From: Octopus bimaculoides
Taxonomy: Eukaryota
DNA: 50,562 bases
Assembly (NCBI RefSeq): GCF_001194135.2
Contig: NC_068982.1
Location: 147,242,866 to 147,293,427, forward strand
Direction of reading: 5' to 3'
The position numbers and the translations under genes are program-made. Positions 13,139 through 24,004 of this stretch are shown here, in pieces; the first letter of the stretch is position 1; each line of letters begins with the position of its first letter. The notes under the pieces are model-generated. The model saw only the letters and a list, made by a program, of their open reading frames with translations. It did not search any database and was not told the origin of the DNA.

Positions 13139-13350
13139 AGGCGGCGAGCTGGCAGAATTGTTAGCACGCCGGGCGAAATGCTTAGCGGTATTTCGTCTGT
13201 CTTTACGTTCTGAGTTCAAATTCCGCCGAGATCGACTTTGCCTTTCATCCTTTCGTGGTGGATAAATTAAGTACTGGTTGTGTACTGGGGCCGATCTAAT
13301 CGACTGGCCCGGTCGCCCAAATTTACGGATCTTGTGCCTAGAGAAAAAAA
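13139..13350 (+). mobile_element. Near full-length tRNA-derived SINE with a Nin/Deu-like central domain
   Basis: A-box-like agctggcagaatt, B-box-like gagttcaaattcc, central gcctttcatcctttcgtggtggataaattaagtac (recalled Nin/Deu-type core), A-rich end. Several copies in the window. Confidence 0.8.
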
Positions 13351-13447
13351 ATCGTTAGCACGCCGGGCAGAATGCTTGACAGCATTTCGTCTGTTTTTAG
13401 TTCTGGGTTCAAATTCCACCGAGGTCGACTTTGCCTTGCATCCTTTG
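13351..13447 (+). mobile_element. Partial second copy of the same SINE, head-to-tail
   Basis: atcgttagcacgccgggcagaatgcttgacagcatttcgtctg...gggttcaaattccaccgaggtcgactttgccttgcatccttt repeats 13157-13255. Confidence 0.8.
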
Positions 13448-14411
13448 AAACCATTTCTATTATTGTCATTGTTTCTGTTGTTGTTGTTGTTGTAATGGTT
13501 CGATGGTATCAGCTAACCCATCTCTTGAAAACTATAATTACGTATGCTTAGATTAACATGTTGGCTCCCTAGCCTCATTTTACGTTTTATCCCAGGATCC
13601 CAATTCGATATCTTAATTAATTTTGACATGAGCAGTGTAATACTTTTGCACTATACCATATGTGAGGCTAGAATCACATAGGTAGAATTAGGGACCCACC
13701 TCCTACCGGATGGGTCGTGTGGAAATGCATATCACATCTTAGATATCACACGACTTGCCCGTGGGTCGTGTGCAAATTTGGAGATATAACTATTACATGC
13801 ATACTGATTCTTTTTTCTTTCTTTTCAGGTTATTAATAGTCTATAATTTCCAAATTAGCATAATATAAGTTAGCTATACCAGGTATTCTAGAAAGCTCAA
13901 TAAAGGACAAATTACTGACATGCAACAAAATGATGGAATTTTAGTGGCAAAGTGGAAAGATAGGCGTGATGTGCAAATGTTATCTACGAAACATGCGCTT
14001 AGCTTCTGGGAAACAGGGTGAAGAGTGAATGATATGGAAGTAAAGAAGCCAGAAATAATTCTCTGCTACAATGCAATGAAACAGGAAATAGATATATCTG
14101 ATCAAATGGCGAGCTACTTCGAAAAAGGTCATAAATTAGCATCAGAGGGTATCACAAGAGGGTATCAGATGGTATCACCAGTTTTTGAATACCTGCTCAA
14201 CACAGCTGTGGTAAATACTTTAGTGAGATTTCGAAAGAACAATCAGCAGTAAGTGCAGATTACCGAGTTTAGAAAATATATCATTGAATCACTCTATGAT
14301 GTGGACAATCACGCACCAAGAGCTGCAAGCACTAGTACTCGCCATAACTTGAAAAGATGCAGTGAAAGGGACAGATCGAACAGAGTAGTTCGTAAAAGAT
14401 GTATAGGCTGT

Positions 14412-14764
14412 ACGTTATTTACATTATTTACATTCTACGGATATTTGTCCTCATCTTGTTTGTTGTTAACACAACGTTTTCGCTGATATACACTCCAGAC
14501 TTCTTCAGGTGTCTTGAGGAAATTTCAAACCTGGGTTCTCATTCCTAAGGTTATTTTTCGATGTTGTTATTATTATTATTCAGGTCACTGCTTGGAAGCG
14601 AACTCGGAATCTTGGGGTTAGTAGCCCGCGCTCTTAACCACTACGCCACGGGGATATGGCTGGAGAGTATATCAGCCGAAACGTTGCGTTAACAACAAAC
14701 AAGATGAGGATCCGTCGAACGTAAATAATGTACATAATCCCTCATCTCTTAAATATAGAAATGT
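14412..14764 (-). mobile_element. tRNA-headed, hammerhead-motif-bearing short retroelement with an inverted partial copy and a 13-bp TSD
   Basis: TSD ATGTATAGGCTGT at 14399-14411 and 14765-14777. Minus strand: A-box TGGCGTAGTGG (14638-14648), B-box-like GAGTTCGCTTCC (14594-14605), (AAT)n, body, hammerhead-like core at 14468-14513. Inverted arms of about 80 bp at 14415-14498 and about 14660-14737. Confidence 0.85.
14468..14513 (-). ncRNA. Degenerate minimal type I hammerhead ribozyme motif
   Basis: GACAC-CTGAAGA-A-GTCTG[gagtgtatat]CAGC-GAAAACGTT-GTGTT: stem I GACAC/GTGTT, CUGANGA box, extra A, stem II hairpin, GAAA, palindromic ACGU stem III. The inverted copy near 14657-14690 keeps a perfect stem II GGCTG/CAGCC plus GAAACGTT. 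Confidence 0.65.
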
Positions 14765-15956
14765 ATGTATAGGCTGTTACAGCAAAATGAGAATAACAAC
14801 GAGTGGAAGGGAAGCAGATAAAAAAAAAATGTAAATACATATTGTACTGAATGAACAGGTAATCTTTCCCTTTGCCTTGAGTAGGAGCATTGGTCAATTA
14901 AAATTTTTAGGTATTTTCTATTGAAAGATCTCGAAATCTTTTCAAAAAGAACTATTTTGTTTTCCATGACAAGTAAATTTATTTTTCATTACCTTCTGTT
15001 TCTAGTGGAAAATCTACCAGTTTTTTTCAAATTGAACTAGTTATTTTTGCTTCAATGGCAAATAAAATTTTCTCAATACTCAATCTTTTATTTTACCTGA
15101 GTACAAGGAGAAATCAGAAGAGAAACAAAATATTTAAAAGATCTATAAAAGAAATTGTTCTCTTAGTGTACAAAAAGCACAAATCAAGGCCAATGGAGCA
15201 TACCAGCTCTCAGACAGCCTATAGGGACTCGCTAACATACCACCACGACCTACCGGCAGGATCTGAGGGAGCCAACGTATTAAAAACAATTAAGTATGCA
15301 TTAATTCCAGTTGGGTGTGGTCAGAATCTTTAAAGCGAGGAGAAAAAAATACCTTGCTATTTGTATTTCAACTCTTGCTTTCAAATAACTCCGTTGTCAA
15401 TATTAGCAAAATATCAGTCAAATATTGGCATCAAAGTTATCGAATACTACCTGCCACCCCCGTAAAAATGTTGGCTTTGTATGGAAATTAGAAACAATTA
15501 TGTAATTGCTAATTTTTTGTTATTTGTTTAAATTTTGTTCTGAGCTTGTTTATTTTGTTCACTTTATTTTCTCTGACAAATTCGCTCTTCTATTTTCACT
15601 ATATCTTAAATAAAGAATTCGTTGGTATATTATGCGTTCTTGTTGCCAGTTTGGCAACTTGGTAAGTACAATTCCCAAGACCACACAGTAAACCACATCG
15701 GCAAATATACACGGGTACGAACATACATAGATATACGCAAAACACCCACTCAATAACAAACCTTCATACGTACACGCATACACATGAACACATTACAAAC
15801 ATATACAAAATCCATACATACTCACATACACACACACATAACGAATGCTAACTAAAAAAATCGCTGCGAAGCGTTCAACATTTCCTCTGGAGTTCTACAA
15901 CGGCGCTAGAGTTAGATAAATGTTGTAAGCTTGTTTCCCTGCATGAACTGGATATA

Positions 15957-16054
15957 GCTTGACAACCGATGCTGGTGTGTTTATGTCTCCCGTAATCTAG
16001 CGGTTCGGCAAAAGAGACCGAGTGAATAAGTACTGGGCTTACAAAAATAAGCCC
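15957..16054 (+). mobile_element. SINE 3'-half fragment (same as 7871-8066)
   Basis: gcttgacaaccgatgctggtgtgtttatgtctcccgtaatctagcggttcggcaaaagagaccga...aagtactgggcttacaaaaataag. Confidence 0.75.
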
Positions 16055-18009
16055 TACAATTCACAAACGACGAATGCCCAAACTTAAACTTGGAAGTAAT
16101 ACTACCGGATAGTAATGGGCAATTCTGAAGGTGGACGTGTTTTTACTGTACTCTACCACGTTCCTAACGGAAAATGGTATAACTATATATATATATATAT
16201 ATATAAATTTATTTATGAGGGTAGAAATGGATATTAATTAATTTGAACCAGTGGTCTAGCATATTAAAAAAATTCGCAGATTAAAATTATATTACATACA
16301 AAAATAAGAGGAGTCCACTTTTGCTGNNNNNNNNNNNNNNNNNNNNNNNNNNNNNNNNNNNNNNNNNNNNNNNNNNNNNNNNNNNNNNNNNNNNNNNNNN
16401 NNNNNNNNNNNNNNNNNNNNNNNNNNNNNNNNNNNNNNNNNNNNNNNNNNNNNNNNNNNNNNNNNNNNNNNNNNNNNNNNNNNNNNNNNNNNNNNNNNNN
16501 NNNNNNNNNNNNNNNNNNNNNNNNNNNNNNNNNNNNNNNNNNNNNNNNNNNNNNNNNNNNNNNNNNNNNNNNNNNNNNNNNNNNNNNNNNNNNNNNNNNN
16601 NNNNNNNNNNNNNNNNNNNNNNNNNNNNNNNNNNNNNNNNNNNNNNNNNNNNNNNNNNNNNNNNNNNNNNNNNNNNNNNNNNNNNNNNNNNNNNNNNNNN
16701 NNNNNNNNNNNNNNNNNNNNNNNNNNNNNNNNNNNNNNNNNATATATACATGACTGTGTATAGGAATACGTTTGTTATTTACATCATATGTATGCAATTC
16801 ATTTCTCCATTTTTGTAGGCAATATGTATACATATATCTCTCAATAGTATATTGTTAGATTTTTCATTTATATATTATTCAAACTATGCTTGACTCTACC
16901 ATAACCTATATTTAAGTGTAACTACAATTGCATATTTAAATTTATATACAGCACAAAACCTTTGTTTTTGTATATAATAGACTGTATTTGAATTTCACCG
17001 ACATTCCAATTATTTGATACAAGAAAGTAATTTTTTAGCGGAAGTGTTATTCTAGTCACTGAAATGTTTCTTAGTTACCGACTATTGTAATACATAAAGC
17101 AATTACTTATTACAATGAGTTAGTCTGCTAGACAATATAGTTGGAAGAATATATTAAGTCATAAACTTTCTTTATGGAAATTTTCCAAATACCATTATGA
17201 TTAATTACTATACGATCTGCTGCCTGTGTGCAGAGTGCGTGTTATGAAAGAGTGGGAAAGGGAAAGAGAGGGAGAGGAAAAGAGAGTTTGGGAGTTAGGG
17301 GGAGGGAGAGAGAGAAAGAGAGAGAGGGAGAGGAAAAGAGAGGAAGACTAAAACTCCTATCTTGCTACTGCAATTATGCTATTAATGACCTTCTTGAAGA
17401 AACAAAGATAAAAACCTGCTACATAGCGAGGTTTTAAATCTGTATAAATCTTCATAATATCCCGTGGCCCTTTTTTCATGCAGAACGAGACGTTTCCATG
17501 ATCAATTATCTTCGCAGGCTTTCTAGGATGGTTAGTTTTCACTGTTCTTGTTCAGCTAGAACATATGAAATTGGCTATGCAATTAAAACGTTTGCTCAGC
17601 AAACATGCGCTTCCGAGTAGGATTCTAATGCGCAACACCATGAGTGAATATCTTTTGTTATAGTGTCTCACATGTTCGTGATTGTGTATTAAATTCCCCT
17701 TTGTATATCAGCGTAAGATGTAAGCATCGACGAGAAATACATGGAACAGTTCATCTTTCCGAGTCAATAAATTAGTTACTAGCCCAAGCTGATGGATTGG
17801 TGCAGTTGTTAGAACACTGGGAGAGACGCTTGCCGGCACCTGTTCCACTTGCTTCTGCCAAAGTGGCAATGCTGACAGGAACGCTCAATTCAACCTCCAT
17901 TTTACCATCGTGAATCATAACATTATGCATCAACAACGAGTTGAGAGTTTCTTCCACCAACAAACCGGTAAATCTCTCTATTCAATCACTTCCGACATAA
18001 TCGTCTCTC

Positions 18010-18072
18010 TTGCCGAAGAAGCCATGCAATGGGACTGAACCCGGAGCCATGTGGTTGAGAAGCCACACCTGA

Positions 18073-18075
<3 letters not shown>
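18010..18075 (-). mobile_element. SINE tRNA-head fragment (46847 family)
   Basis: Reverse complement ttctcaaccacatggctccgggttcagtcccattgcatgg matches cctaaccacatggttccgagttcagtcccactgcat near 46873-46908. Confidence 0.7.
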
Positions 18076-18123
<48 letters not shown>

Positions 18124-18134
18124 ATGTGTGTGTA

Positions 18135-18171
<37 letters not shown>

Positions 18172-18200
18172 ATATATACATGTATATAGGAATATGTGAG

Positions 18201-18240
<40 letters not shown>

Positions 18241-18881
18241 CATATATACATACATATATATATACATATANNNNNNNNNNNNNNNNNNNNNNNNNNNNNN
18301 NNNNNNNNNNNNNNNNNNNNNNNNNNNNNNNNNNNNNNNNNNNNNNNNNNNNNNNNNNNNNNNNNNNNNNNNNNNNNNNNNNNNNNNNNNNNNNNNNNNN
18401 NNNNNNNNNNNNNNNNNNNNNNNNNNNNNNNNNNNNNNNNNNNNNNNNNNNNNNNNNNNNNNNNNNNNNNNNNNNNNNNNNNNNNNNNNNNNNNNNTATA
18501 TATATATATATATATATACATAAAGCCTTACCTCAAAATGGCTTTCTTAGGGACTGAGAATAAAATCAGATTCTCCCATGAAAATGGAAGAGTAAACAGG
18601 GAAGCCAGGGCGGTGGAAATATAAAAAGGAACCCTAACGTCTCCTACAAGTTCGCTACATCTCAATGGCACAAAAAACACTATTTTAATGAGCTAATAAT
18701 GGAGAGAATCTCCCTACGGTCGCAGATAGAGCTAGATCACCGATGATTTCGCATTTTCATGTTTAACGCATCAGTAGCTCTCACCGCACAGAGGATTAAA
18801 CTTATCTCGCCTTGTCAGCATATAAGATAACCGTTGAAATCATATGCTAATGTCATAAATGGTAGTGCAAGAATTATCAAT

Positions 18882-19130
18882 AATATGGGTGACTAATTCG
18901 CAATTTTACAACCGAAATACAGAAATATATACGTCACTAAAGTGAAACAAGGGCACTAATCAGCACTAGTATTGTTAGAAATAAGATTCAGAAGAACTCA
19001 ATAGCCACAAAAAGCACTATTTTGACTCTTGTTTCTAGCAATAATGGTGCTCATTAGTGCCCTTGTTCGCTTTAGTGACGTACACATTTCGGCCTTTAGG
19101 TTGTAAAATTGTGAATTTGTCACTCATATT
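18882..19130. mobile_element. MITE-like foldback element, arms of about 105 bp (18882-18986 and 19027-19130), 40-nt spacer
   Basis: aatatgggtgactaattcgcaattttacaacc...tacgtcactaaagtgaaacaagggcactaatcagcac pairs with gtgctcattagtgcccttgttcgctttagtgacgta...ggttgtaaaattgtgaatttgtcactcatatt. No clear TSD seen. Confidence 0.8.
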
Positions 19131-19231
19131 GCGAGCGAGAGAGTGATTTTGTCTCCGTGATTTTGTGCGTATACCTAATTTCGTATATTGATTAAATAAC
19201 ATAATCTTTCTATTTTCACAAATTTATTGCG

Positions 19232-19266
<35 letters not shown>

Positions 19267-19269
19267 CGC

Positions 19270-19606
19270 GGCACTCCGTCGGTTACGACGACGCGGGTTC
19301 CAGTTGATCCGATCAACGGAACAGCCTGCTCGTGAAATTAACGTGCAAGTGACTGAGCACTCCACAGGTACGTGTACTTCTAATTTGGTTCTCGGGGAGA
19401 TCCAGCGTGACACAGAATGTGACAAGGCTGGCCCTTTGAAATAAAGGTACAACAGAAACAGGAAGAAAGAGTGAGAGAAATTTGTGGTGAAAGAGTACAG
19501 CAGGGTTCGCCACCACCCGCTGCCGAAACCTCGTGGAGCTTTAAGTGTTTTCGTTCAATAAACACTCACAACGCCCGGTCTGGGAATCGAAACCGCAATC
19601 CTACGA
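19270..19606 (-). mobile_element. tRNA-derived SINE, 5'-truncated, with a probable RTE-type 3' tail
   Basis: Minus strand starts with B-box-like ggtttcgattccc and ends gcaggctgttccgttgatcggatcaactggaacccgcgtcgtcgtaaccgacggagtgcc, recognised from memory as a common octopod SINE. A diverged piece lies near 42625-42670. Confidence 0.65.
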
Positions 19607-19633
19607 CACACACACACCCACCCACACACACAT

Positions 19634-19675
<42 letters not shown>

Positions 19676-19806
19676 GTATGTATGTATGTATGTCTGATGC
19701 GAATTTCGTAACTTCATGAAATCGGAACATTATAATGATATCGATTACAAACACACACAAACACCTACACACCGACATGCATGCATTCATATGTGCATAT
19801 ACATAA

Positions 19807-19865
<59 letters not shown>

Positions 19866-20284
19866 AATATGTGTTTATTAATGTAGCTGTATAGCTGACT
19901 ATATTTTGTAATTAATATCGATGTTATGCGTGCGAATGAGAGAGTAATTTTGCCTCCTTGATTTTCTGCGTTGTGGGTATACTTAAGTTCCTCTATTGAT
20001 TAAATAACATAATCTTTCTAACTATTTTCACAAATTTCTTGAGCACATTATAATTCCCATATCGTTTCCTGCGCTTAACATTGAATGAAAGTAGTGGTCC
20101 TAAGAATTTAAGCAATATTTTAGAAAACAATGAAAAAATCAACCATTACATCTAGTCAGAGACAAAAGCTTTATTCTTTGGCAACTCCACCCATTTTTCT
20201 GGAGTGACGATGTTGTGGAACGAAAATCGGCATTTTAACAATAAGTGTACTATCACAATGCATTTCAATGCACAACAGAAGAAT

Positions 20285-20415
20285 TTCTTCTTCTTCTTCT
20301 TCTTCTTCTTCTTCTTCTTCTTCTTCTTCTTCTTCTTCTTCTTCTTCTTCTTCTTCTTCTTCTTCTTCTTCGTCTTCTTCTTCTTCTTCTTCTTCTTCGT
20401 TTTCTTCTTCTTCTT

Positions 20416-20446
<31 letters not shown>

Positions 20447-20482
20447 TGATTACTCATACCAACTGCATCAACTGTAGCAGAG

Positions 20483-20536
<54 letters not shown>

Positions 20537-20600
20537 ACAACAGAAGTAACATTTATTGTTGTCATCGTCGTCATCATCATCATTATTATTATTATTATTG
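20285..20600. repeat. Compound trinucleotide microsatellite (TTC)n-(GTA)n-(GTC/CAT)n-(TAT)n
   Basis: Read directly; about 54 TTC units at 20285-20446 and about 17 GTA units at 20482-20533. Confidence 0.97.
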
Positions 20601-22070
20601 AACAACACAGCAACTTCGCTGAAGAATGTAGCAAGGTGTCAGCTGTCCGCAACCTGTGGACTGAGGTAATATTTTTCATTCTTATATCGAGAACTCTTCA
20701 GATGATTTGTGCTGTTCCGGGCAACACTGTTTTCTGTAAATGCTCAATCTTTACGCTTATAAGTATCTTTTCTGTCCCGTTTCCGAGTTTTGTGCGTATA
20801 AGTATACAAGGCTCCAACAACAGTGGGTAAAATACTCACCTGCTATGACCACAGTTTTTCTTTTTAATTCCCCACTTCAAATCATCATATTTGTTCCAAT
20901 ATCGTGTAGTCTCCACGGTATACAGTTTATATAATTAGAAACTTTTGTTCGTCTTTATTTACAACCACTCTCTCTGGATGTCGATGTTCACTTTTGTGAT
21001 CATACTGGATCATTCATTAACTTTCCCTTGTCGTTCTTAATTACTCTTTTTATGATCTACCTTTCCACGTCTTAAGAGAGACGCTGTTGCCTTGACAAAT
21101 CCCCCTCGTTATTCTTAATATCTCTTGGTACAGTCATTATGATGTAAGTTCAGTGTTCTGACATTCTATACCGTCTCTCAAAATCCATTCTTTGCATCGC
21201 AAACATGTTCTACAATTGAACGATCCACAAATGTGGTATTATACCATAAGCCTTACATTTAATCTGCCACTATTGTGCCTGATTAGTTATTGCCTGTCAA
21301 TATCCCATTTGAGATGAAATGCTGATTTGATTGTCATTAGTTTTCGGCTTAGCTTCTTTAACTCCTCTTTCCCCCAATAACTGAATCATAACTCAATAAG
21401 GGAATCATCCATGTATTGATTGCTTGAAACTTATTTCTTCCAATCAATTTTGAACGCCGCACCAGTCTAAGTCTTCGGAGATACTCTTGCGTAAATCTGT
21501 TCTTCATTTCATCTTCTATCACTTCATTCACTTCCAATATGCCAAGTTATTTATATTCAACGTCGTCAGTTCTTCTCATTATTTCCCCTGATGGTAACTC
21601 TATATCTTTAAACCTGGTGACCTTCCTTCTTGTCAAGAATATTACTCCACACTTCTTTAAATCCAATTCTCTTTTCATGTCGTTGCCAAGACTATGAATT
21701 GTGTCCACTAAAGAACTTGCCTGAGCTTCATCCTTAAAATACAGTTTGAAATCATCAATAAATAATAGACAGTTGCTCTTTTACTGTTTTTCTTCTTTAA
21801 ACTAATATACAAATGTTAGTTTTCTCAGTAGTAATATTAAAGGAATCATGCATAAAACGAATTATTAAGAGGGACGCTGTTGCCTTGAAAAATCCCCCTC
21901 GTTATTCGTAATGTCTCTTGGTACTGTCCATATGATGCAAGTTCAGTCTTCCGACATTCCATACCTTCTCTCAAAAGCCCTTTCCATTCTTTGCATCGCA
22001 AACGTGTTCTACAATTCAACGATCCACAAATGTGGTATTATACCATAAGCCTTACAGTTTAATCTACCAC
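20600..22070 (-). mobile_element. Rearranged R4/Dong-like LINE relic: RT domains 3-7, thumb, restriction-like endonuclease, 3' UTR and (AAT)n tail
   Basis: NCKAYGIIPHLWIVE (cf. DYKKAYDMVPHSWI); LRITRGIFQGNS (cf. RGIFQGDS); LLFIDDFKLYFKDE (21751-21762 is FIDD, cf. YMDD); YK*LGI; KEELKKLSRKLMT...DIDR; DHKSEHRHPERVVVNK (cf. HRRPDIVV); YDDLKWGIKK; HLQKTVLPGTAQII*RVL. Confidence 0.88.
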
Positions 22071-23967
22071 GGACTTCATTTGCACTTCCTCCGTTTACAA
22101 CCTTTCATCTTTCATCACCGGGGCTACCTAATCTCTATAGGAAACTGCAATGTATCCCAGAGAAGACCATCCTAAGATTTAGAGCTACGAATATATAGCT
22201 ATTGTTTCAACGATAGCTGAAACATCGTTTTCTTTTTTTTATAAATGTTACGGATTGATATACTAAATAAACAGGCATCTAGATTATAATGCTGATATTA
22301 ATGCTATTGACAGCAATGTTTTTTTTTTTTGCATTTCTTCAAGAAGGTCTAATTCAAAAGAACACACCAATTCTCGCAATACAAGAAATTATTTTATTTC
22401 CCCAATTTTGTTTAAATATTTTGCCATAGGTGCAAGGTGATGGTTTTAAGCAGTGCGATGGACACAATTCGTTGAGGTGAAGATGTAAGAAGGATACTAA
22501 TTGGTTCAGCTAGAAGCTTAGTTGTTATGCTAATCTAAAAGCTGGTCAAAGGTATTACAAGAATATTGTAATCAGAACTTCAAGGCATTAATGACTAACA
22601 CGTGGGTTTTAAAAATAAGTTGAAATTAAATATCAAAGAATTTTTGGATGATGCAAAATCTACAAAATTGAATAAATTTTCACAAACGCACAAGTGGGTG
22701 TGTGAGTGTATCAAAAGTTCATGAAGTATTTGTGGATACCCAACAGTAACAAGATCAGATATTTTTTATCTGACTCCATCCAAGCCTAGCAGACCTATCT
22801 TTAAAGGTATTCTAAAAGTGACAATTTCCTGTCTAGGATTATATTATATATAGTATCGTTTCCGTATTTATGTTGTTAGTGATGTCGATTCTGAGACTAA
22901 CCTATGCAATGTGTACTTACGTTTTAAAAACGGTAAGATGCGATTTGAAGAAGATTTGGCCGCCATTTCTATTGGGCATGTCATTGCATAGGTGAAATTT
23001 TGTTCGCTGTCTTTCTCTATGTGGAATGCATAATGCTACTGCTTCCATGCAGGCGCCATTTTAAATATATCCGCACTTAACATCAATCGTCCTAATCTTA
23101 GCAGTCACTAAAGTCTTCAATGTTCCTTTCTATTTATAAAACCCTACGAAAAAAAAAATTGAATTATTAAATGTATTACAAGTCAGAAATTTTAAGAAAT
23201 ATGAATGAATGAATTATTGAGATGGTAAACACTTTTTTCTTTTTACCAATAAGTCAATAATAAGTTAGTGTACTACCACAGATGTAATAGAAGCAATATC
23301 AACAATCATAATAATAAAATAAGTAAGAAAATGAATAATGGCAATATGTATGTCTTCTTCCCTTCGCCAACGTCTTAATTTATCCAATCAGTGAGGTTCT
23401 TCATCGATAGAAGTAAGAGATTTGCCAATTTTATTGGATTCATATAAATTATCAATTGTCGTACGGAAAACGAGTATGTGGAAATATACATGCATGCATA
23501 CATACATACATACATACATACAATCATATTTATATGCAAAGATGTACAGATGTACATGTATGTATATGTATGTGTATATGTATATATATATATATATATA
23601 CATATATATATANNNNNNNNNNNNNNNNNNNNNNNNNNNNNNNNNNNNNNNNNNNNNNNNNNNNNNNNNNNNNNNNNNNNNNNNNNNNNNNNNNNNNNNN
23701 NNNNNNNNNNNNNNNNNNNNNNNNNNNNNNNNNNNNNNNNNNNNNNNNNNNNNNNNNNNNNNNNNNNNNNNNNNNNNNNNNNNNNNNNNNNNNNNNNNNN
23801 NNNNNNNNNNNNNNNNNNNNNNNNNNNNNNNNNNNNNNNNNNNNNNNNNNNNNNNNNNNNNNNNNNNNNNNNNNNNNNNNNNNNNNNNNNNNNNNNNNNN
23901 NNNNNNNNNNNNNNNNNNNNNNNNNNNNNNNNNNNNNNNNNNNNNNNNNNNNNNNNNNNNNNNNNNN

Positions 23968-24004
<37 letters not shown>

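Larger units (their letters stand above)
13890..14890 (+). mobile_element. piggyBac transposase relic (C-terminal catalytic region and Cys-rich domain), interrupted at 14412-14764
   Basis: KLNKGQITDMQQNDGILVAKWKDRRDVQMLSTKH; KKPEIILCYNAMKQEIDISDQMASY (cf. KPxxIxxYNxxMGGVDxxDQ); NTAVVN...FRKYIIESL; Cys-rich tail RKRCIGC, which resumes after the insertion as CYSKMR...NTYCTE*...LCLE. In-frame stops present. Confidence 0.85.

Noticed and set aside
13890-14486. Domesticated piggyBac (PGBD-like) gene
   Set aside because: In-frame stops, N-terminal catalytic part missing, and Cys-rich domain disrupted by an insertion.
14581-14650. Possible functional tRNA gene (anticodon-like ACT)
   Set aside because: No proper acceptor stem, an altered T-loop, and it is embedded in a TSD-bounded retroelement; it is a SINE head.
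20152-20830. Poly-K/F/L/S/T ORFs
   Set aside because: Translations of the (TTC)n and (GTA)n arrays.
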